A DNA stretch of 64,000 bases from Nostoc sp. (GTDB lineage: Bacteria; Cyanobacteriota; Cyanobacteriia; Cyanobacteriales; Nostocaceae). Under the pieces are notes generated by a model, which saw nothing but the letters and a program-made list of their open reading frames with translations, searched no databases and was not told where the DNA came from. Both the position numbers and the translations under genes were made by a program. Shown here one piece after another: positions 58,993-64,000 of this stretch. The stretch is from positions 96,001-160,000 of the forward strand of contig JBALDB010000038.1 in assembly GCA_036918135.1 (NCBI GenBank), in the 5' to 3' direction. Numbering within the stretch: the stretch's first letter is position 1; the number at the start of each line of letters is the position of its first letter.

Positions 58993-61377
58993 GTGGCGAA
59001 TAATAAATCTAAAAATGACGCTTTGAGTAATCTCCCGGAAGACAGCCTCGTGCCGCTCGAAGCCATCCTTTGCAACGAGGAACTCAGCCGCCGACCGTCG
59101 CGCCCGCCGGATTATGAAACCGAAAACCGTGCGTTAGCGCGGCTCGTTCAGGCGCTCGCCGATGCGCCGCGCGACATTCTGCAAACGCTGGCTGACGAAA
59201 TTCTCAATGTCTTTAAGGCTGACTCCTCCGGCATCAGTCTTTTGACTAAGGATGAAAAGCGATTTTACTGGCCGGCGATTGCGGGAGAGTGGAAGCCGCA
59301 TATCGGCAGCGGCACGCCGCGCGAATTCGGTCCGTGCGGCGACGTTTTGGACTACAACGTCCCCCTGCTGTTCCGGCATTTCGAGCTGCGTTACACCTAT
59401 TTTCTGCCGATTACGCCGCTGATCGAAGAATGCCTGCTCGTCCCTTTTTACGTTGAAGGAAAAGCCGTCGGCACGATCTGGGCGATCACTCACAACGATC
59501 GACGCAAATTCGATCTAGAAGATTTGCGCCAGCTTAAAAGTCTGGAAAAATTCGCGTCGGCGGCGTATCAAGCCGTCGAATCGCTCGACGAACTCACTGC
59601 GGATCTGCAAGATACCCAACTGCTGCAGGAACTGGGAGCGCGATTGGTCACAGAAGGCAATGTGCAAACCCTCTACCAAGAACTTATCTCTGCCGCGATC
59701 GCCATTACCCAAGCTCAGGCAGGCACCATTCAACTGCTCGATGTTGCGACCCAGGAACTGGTGATGCTTGCCATGCAGAACATCACGCCAGCGATGTTTA
59801 AGCATTTCAGTCGCGTGGATGCCCGTTCCAATACATCTTGCGGCATGGCTTTGCAAAGTGGCGAGCGCGCCTTTATCGATTTCGATGTTCCAGAAAGCCA
59901 AGACCCGGATGGTTCTTGCCGCGTGCATGTCGAGGCAGGGTATTTATCGGCTCAGTCTACGCCGCTGATTACCCGTTCTGGCTGAGCGCTCGGCATCATC
60001 TCAACCCACTGGCACAAACATCATCGCCCCAGCGATCGCGAGTTGCGATTTCTCGATCTCCTGGCTCGTCAAGCCGCCGATTTAATTGAGCAACGACAAG
60101 CGGAAGCAGAACGCGATCGCTTGCTCCAACAGACTCAATCGGCACGAGAAGAAGCAGAACGAGCCAATCGCATCAAAGATGAGTTTTTGGCGGTGCTATC
60201 TCATGAATTGCGTTAGCGAAGCTCCTCCGAAGGAGGCTCGCCCCTCAACCCAATTCTGGGCTGGGCAAAACTATTGCGAGGCGGCAAACTAGACGCGGCA
60301 AAAACCGAACAGGCATTGAATACGATTGAACGCAACGCCCAACTGCAATCGGAACTGATTGAGGACTTGCTGGATGTGTCGCGAATTTTGCGCGGCAAAC
60401 TCAATCTCAACGTCAGCCCGGTTAATTTAGCAACGGTGATTCGAGCCGCAATAGAAACGGTGCGTTTGGCGGCAGAGGCCAAATCAATTCAAGTCGCAGC
60501 CGATTTGAACTCAGAAGTCGGAACGGTTTCAGGGGATGCCACTCGGTTACAACAAGTCGTGTGGAATCTGCTTTCCAATGCGGTGAAATTTACACCGAAT
60601 GAAGGTCGGGTTGAGGTGAAGTTGGCAACGAATAAAGAAACGGATAAAACGGATAGAACAATCCGCATATCCGCTTCATCTGTTGCAAAATCCGTTGCTC
60701 AAATCATCATTACCGACACTGGAAAAGGCATTGCTCCCGACTTCCTCCCCCATGTGTTTGACTCTTTTCAACAAGAAGACAGAGCCACCACGCGCAAGTT
60801 TGGCGGATTAGGGTTAGGGCTGGCGATCGTCCGTCAGATTGTGGAGTTACATGGCGGCACGGTTGGGGCAGAGAGCGCGGGAGAGGGGCAGGGGGCGACG
60901 TTTACAGTCAGGCTACCGCTTTTGAAGGCAGAAGGCAGAGGGCAGCAGGCAGAAGGTGAGTTAGATTCGTCCTTTGTCGTCGATCGTTCATCCTTACCCC
61001 TCACCGGATTGCAGATTTTGGTCGTGGATGACGACACTGACTCGCGTGACTTCATTGCCTTTGTGGTCGAGCAGGCTGGGGCAACCGTAATCACTGCTGC
61101 TTCTGGGGCAGAAGCCATTGCCCTGCTGATGCAATCCCAACTGGATGTGCTGCTGAGTGATATTGGGATGCCAGAGATGGACGGGTATATGCTGATGCAA
61201 CAGGTGCTAGGACTTCCACCGGAACAAAATGGACAGGTGAAGGCGATCGCGCTGACCGCTTATGCTGGAGATTTTAATCAGCAACAGGCATTGCAAGCGG
61301 GATTTCAGCAGCATGTGAGTAAACCCGTCGCGCCAGAAGAATTAGTCAGGATGATTCGTGCTTTGCCGACTGCATAA
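58993..61377 (+). pseudogene. GAF-GAF-HisKA-HATPase-REC hybrid histidine kinase pseudogene
   Basis: ORFs 58993-59985 and 60274-61377 share one frame. Reading through TGA 59983-59985 gives ALGIISTHWHKHHRPSDRELRFLDLLARQAAD...KDEFLAVLSHELR. A second stop, TAG 60214-60216, lies in a 24-bp insertion before SPLNPILGW. Confidence 0.9.
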
Positions 61378-61425
61378 AAGCCCATTCACGATGGATTTCT
61401 CGTAATTCGTAATTCGTAATTAAAA

Positions 61426-61556
61426 TAACTTTAGTTGTGGTCAGCCCACTTAAAATACATATTTGTCAACAGACACGTACTGCCAGATACAAAGCGCCCA
61501 GGCGAGCCACTGGGCGCTAAGGCGTTCTTATTCCAAGCCGACGACTTAAGTTGTAG
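61426..61556. mobile_element. Possible MITE between inverted STRR arrays
   Basis: Imperfect inverted ends (taactttagttgtgg / ccgacgacttaagttg) and an internal AGCGCCCAG..CTGGGCGCT hairpin, flanked by (aattcgt)n and (aattacg)n. Confidence 0.4.
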
Positions 61557-61607
61557 GTAACTATGAATTACAAATTACGAATTATTTAGATTACCTAATC
61601 TCTTGTA

Positions 61608-62147
61608 CTAATCAATAAATTGTTCTAACAATGTTTCAACACTAGCATTGCGATCCCAGAAGGAAAATAAATGCCAATATCGCAGTTTTCCTTCTTTATC
61701 TAATACAAACTGTGCTGGTAAAGGCGCTCCCAGAGCTTGTCCTACATTATATGACTGAAATACTCGACAACTAGGGTCGCTAAGTAAAGGCATTTGTAAG
61801 CCTAAATCTTTTACGACTATTTGACTCTGCCGTTCATCAGTACTAGTAATCATCAAAACTTCTATTCCCCGATTTTTAAATTGTTCGTAATTCTCCTTCA
61901 AAGCTTTGATGTGAGGAAAACAAAAAGGGCAATATTGCTTTTCAGTAAAGATGCGAGTAAAGGCAAGTAACACAGGTTGCTTACCTTTATAATCAGACAA
62001 TTTTACTAAAGTTCCGTTGGTTATATCTGGCAGTTGAAAATCTGGCGTTCCCACTCCTAGCCTAAGTTCATTTGTAGCTGGAATTGGGAAAAAGTTGCGA
62101 AAGAATCGCTCATTTAATAATCCACTAAAATCAGTTGAAGTTAGCAT
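61608..62147 (-). CDS. AhpC/TSA-family peroxiredoxin-like protein
   Basis: PDFQLPD, LSDYKGK, YCPFC and PLLSDP; ATG at 62147 (MLTSTDFSG) preferred. Confidence 0.85.
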   Translation of the reverse strand: MLTSTDFSGLLNERFFRNFFPIPATNELRLGVGTPDFQLPDITNGTLVKLSDYKGKQPVLLAFTRIFTEKQYCPFCFPHIKALKENYEQFKNRGIEVLMITSTDERQSQIVVKDLGLQMPLLSDPSCRVFQSYNVGQALGAPLPAQFVLDKEGKLRYWHLFSFWDRNASVETLLEQFID

Positions 62148-62250
62148 ATTTTTGAGATGATTTAAAACGATTGGGCATTGCCAGACCCGAAGGGTGCAAG
62201 GAAAAGAGTGCTGCAACTTCTTTTGTGCTTCCCTGCTCCCCTTCGATTAG

Positions 62251-62285
62251 AAAACCACAGATAGATTCTTTGTTTATCTGTGGTT
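62251..62285 (-). terminator. Hairpin/terminator after the 2-Cys peroxiredoxin gene
   Basis: AACCACAGATA-N11-TATCTGTGGTT with a short U-run on the minus strand. Confidence 0.55.
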
Positions 62286-62343
62286 ATTTCATTGATTGCC
62301 GAATTAATATCAGCAAGCGAGATTCAATTTCAGAAAACCTAAT

Positions 62344-62955
62344 CTAAACAGCAGAGAAGTAAACTTTGGACTTCACTGGATCGGGATTCATTGTCTTGTC
62401 ACCAGGTTGCCAACCAGCTGGGCACACTTCGTCAGGGTGAGATTGAACATACTGGATTGCTTGCAATGTCCGCAGGGTTTCATCAACGCTGCGACCAAAA
62501 GCTAAGTTGTTAATTGTGGCGTGCTGTATGATACCATCTTTGTCTATGATGAACAGACCACGCAAGGCAATGCCAGCTGCTGGGTCGAGGACGTTGTAAG
62601 CAGCGCTAATCTCTTTCTTGATGTCAGAGACTAAAGGATAATTCAGGTCGCCAACACCACCAGACTTACGATCGGTTTGAATCCAAGCAAGGTGAGAAAA
62701 TTCACTATCAACGGAAGCACCAAGGATTTCCGTATTAACCTTCTTGAATTCTTCGTAGCGATCGCTAAATGCTGTAATTTCAGTCGGACAAACAAACGTA
62801 AAGTCTAGGGGGTAAAAAAACAGGATGACATACTTACCGCGATAATCAGAAAGTTTGATTGTCTTAAATTCCTGATCTACCACAGCTGTTGCTGTGAAAT
62901 CGGGAGCTTGTTGACCAACGCGGAGGCATCCTTCTGTTCCATAAGTCAAGGACAT
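62344..62955 (-). CDS. prxA: 2-Cys peroxiredoxin
   Basis: [15 protein letters not shown] and DEVCPAGW. Confidence 0.96.
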   Translation of the reverse strand: MSLTYGTEGCLRVGQQAPDFTATAVVDQEFKTIKLSDYRGKYVILFFYPLDFTFVCPTEITAFSDRYEEFKKVNTEILGASVDSEFSHLAWIQTDRKSGGVGDLNYPLVSDIKKEISAAYNVLDPAAGIALRGLFIIDKDGIIQHATINNLAFGRSVDETLRTLQAIQYVQSHPDEVCPAGWQPGDKTMNPDPVKSKVYFSAV

Positions 62956-63051
62956 TAACTTAATTCTCCTTTATCGATTTAGCAGCGTGGAATTTGGGTC
63001 AGGTAAAACTCACCCATCTACGCTCTCACAGTTTAATTACGATCTGTTACA

Positions 63052-63079
63052 ACTATATCATACTCATAACGATTTTGAG
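63052..63079 (-). promoter_or_regulatory. prxA promoter with PerR/FurC-box-like imperfect palindrome
   Basis: CTCATAA-CGA-TTTTGAG (63063-63079) next to a minus-strand TGA-TATAGT extended -10 (63060-63052). Confidence 0.5.
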
Positions 63080-63085
63080 TAGCAA

Positions 63086-64000
63086 ATGCCAGATTTAGAT
63101 ACAAGAGAATGGTTGCTTACCAATGGTCTAGGAAGTTTTGCCAGTGGTACGATTTCTGATATCCGTACACGCACTTATCACGGTTGGCTGTTTGCCGCTA
63201 TAAACCCCCCTGCGGAGCGTACTTTGTTGTTATCGCACCTAGAAGCTAGCTTGGAAGTATCAGGGGGTGTTGTGGGACTGGGGACAAATATTTGGGGTAA
63301 CGGTCAGATTGAACACGCGGGCTACGAACTGCTACGCTCTTTTGATATTAACCCGGTTCCAAAATGGATTTGGGGTGGAGATAATTGGCAGTTAACTAGA
63401 CAATTGGTGATGCCCTATGGTTGGGAAGGGACTGAGGACTGGGGCATGGGGACTAGGAACGAGGAACTGGAAACTCGAAAGAATACTTCTCAATCCCCAT
63501 TCTCTCATCGGATTTTGATCCACTACCGTTATCAGGGAAGCGAACGAGCGATTTTACGGTTACGACTGCTGATAGCAGAACGTGACTTTCACCATCAGCA
63601 GAGTGCTAACTCAGAATTACAGTTCTCACAATTGCTTGAGCAACAGCAAGTGTGTCTGCAAGCGAGAAAATTTGGGCATTTTGGTATACCTTGGCATCTG
63701 CGCTGGACACAAGGAAATTACCAACCAGATGTAGTTTGGTATTGGAATTATCGCTTCTCTGAAGAGACAAAACGGGGATTAGGCGATCGAGAAGACCTCC
63801 ACAGTCCTGGTTACTTGATAGTTACACTCCAACCAGGAGATGCAGTGACTCTAGAAGCACGAGTAGGTTTTCCCAACCCCCTGGTAGGCGTTCTCACCTC
63901 GGAAACTTTTGCACAAGCAGTGGAAGCAGAACAAAAAAGGCTCTCTGAGATTTTTGGATGGAGTGCGGGAGGAATTAGGAACTGGAGACTAGGGACTAGC
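63086..64000 (+). CDS. Glycogen debranching enzyme / amylo-alpha-1,6-glucosidase, 5' part; runs off the window end
   Basis: Manual translation MPDLDTREWLLTNGLGSFASGTISDIRTRTYHGWLFAA...ERDFHHQ...EDLHSPG (GDE N-terminal motifs). Not in the ORF track. Confidence 0.9.
   Translation, partial: MPDLDTREWLLTNGLGSFASGTISDIRTRTYHGWLFAAINPPAERTLLLSHLEASLEVSGGVVGLGTNIWGNGQIEHAGYELLRSFDINPVPKWIWGGDNWQLTRQLVMPYGWEGTEDWGMGTRNEELETRKNTSQSPFSHRILIHYRYQGSERAILRLRLLIAERDFHHQQSANSELQFSQLLEQQQVCLQARKFGHFGIPWHLRWTQGNYQPDVVWYWNYRFSEETKRGLGDREDLHSPGYLIVTLQPGDAVTLEARVGFPNPLVGVLTSETFAQAVEAEQKRLSEIFGWSAGGIRNWRLGTS

Noticed and set aside
59983..59985. In-frame TGA as selenocysteine or programmed readthrough
   Set aside because: The position is not a Cys-type catalytic site, I recognised no SECIS-like hairpin, and a second stop disrupts the H-box. 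A simple nonsense mutation is more likely.

Overview
This is a chromosomal window of a heterocyst-forming cyanobacterium (Nostoc-like), judged from dense HIP1 GCGATCGC octamers, heptamer STRR arrays, small dispersed repeats and xisH/xisI. It holds about 45 intact genes. Most are housekeeping: RND and ABC transporters, a cysteine desulfurase, HtrA, DacB, panD, ppa, SSB, flavodoxin, peroxiredoxins and an M1P-guanylyltransferase. Accessory genes include an LRR-Roc-COR protein, a GH3 amido-synthetase and a GC-rich hybrid kinase pseudogene. The most striking unannotated structure is upstream of a DAHP synthase gene (minus strand, 16519-16871). A sigma70-type promoter is followed by two tandem ribosome-dependent attenuators. 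Each has an aromatic-rich leader peptide (MFNTNSYFYFWFRVVHRE and MTTYFGSWFYGFYFWPRDGSG), an antiterminator and an intrinsic terminator, which implies double-layer Phe/Tyr/Trp sensing. Other notable items are two decayed isiA-family remnants around isiB, an oxalyl-CoA synthetase/PanE2-like pair split by the Roco gene, a histidine kinase whose H-box carries a 24-bp insertion at a HIP1-like site, nested micro-mobile elements and a 173-bp tandem duplication. I saw no CRISPR array, rRNA or tRNA. All family assignments come from motif recognition; no database search was run.
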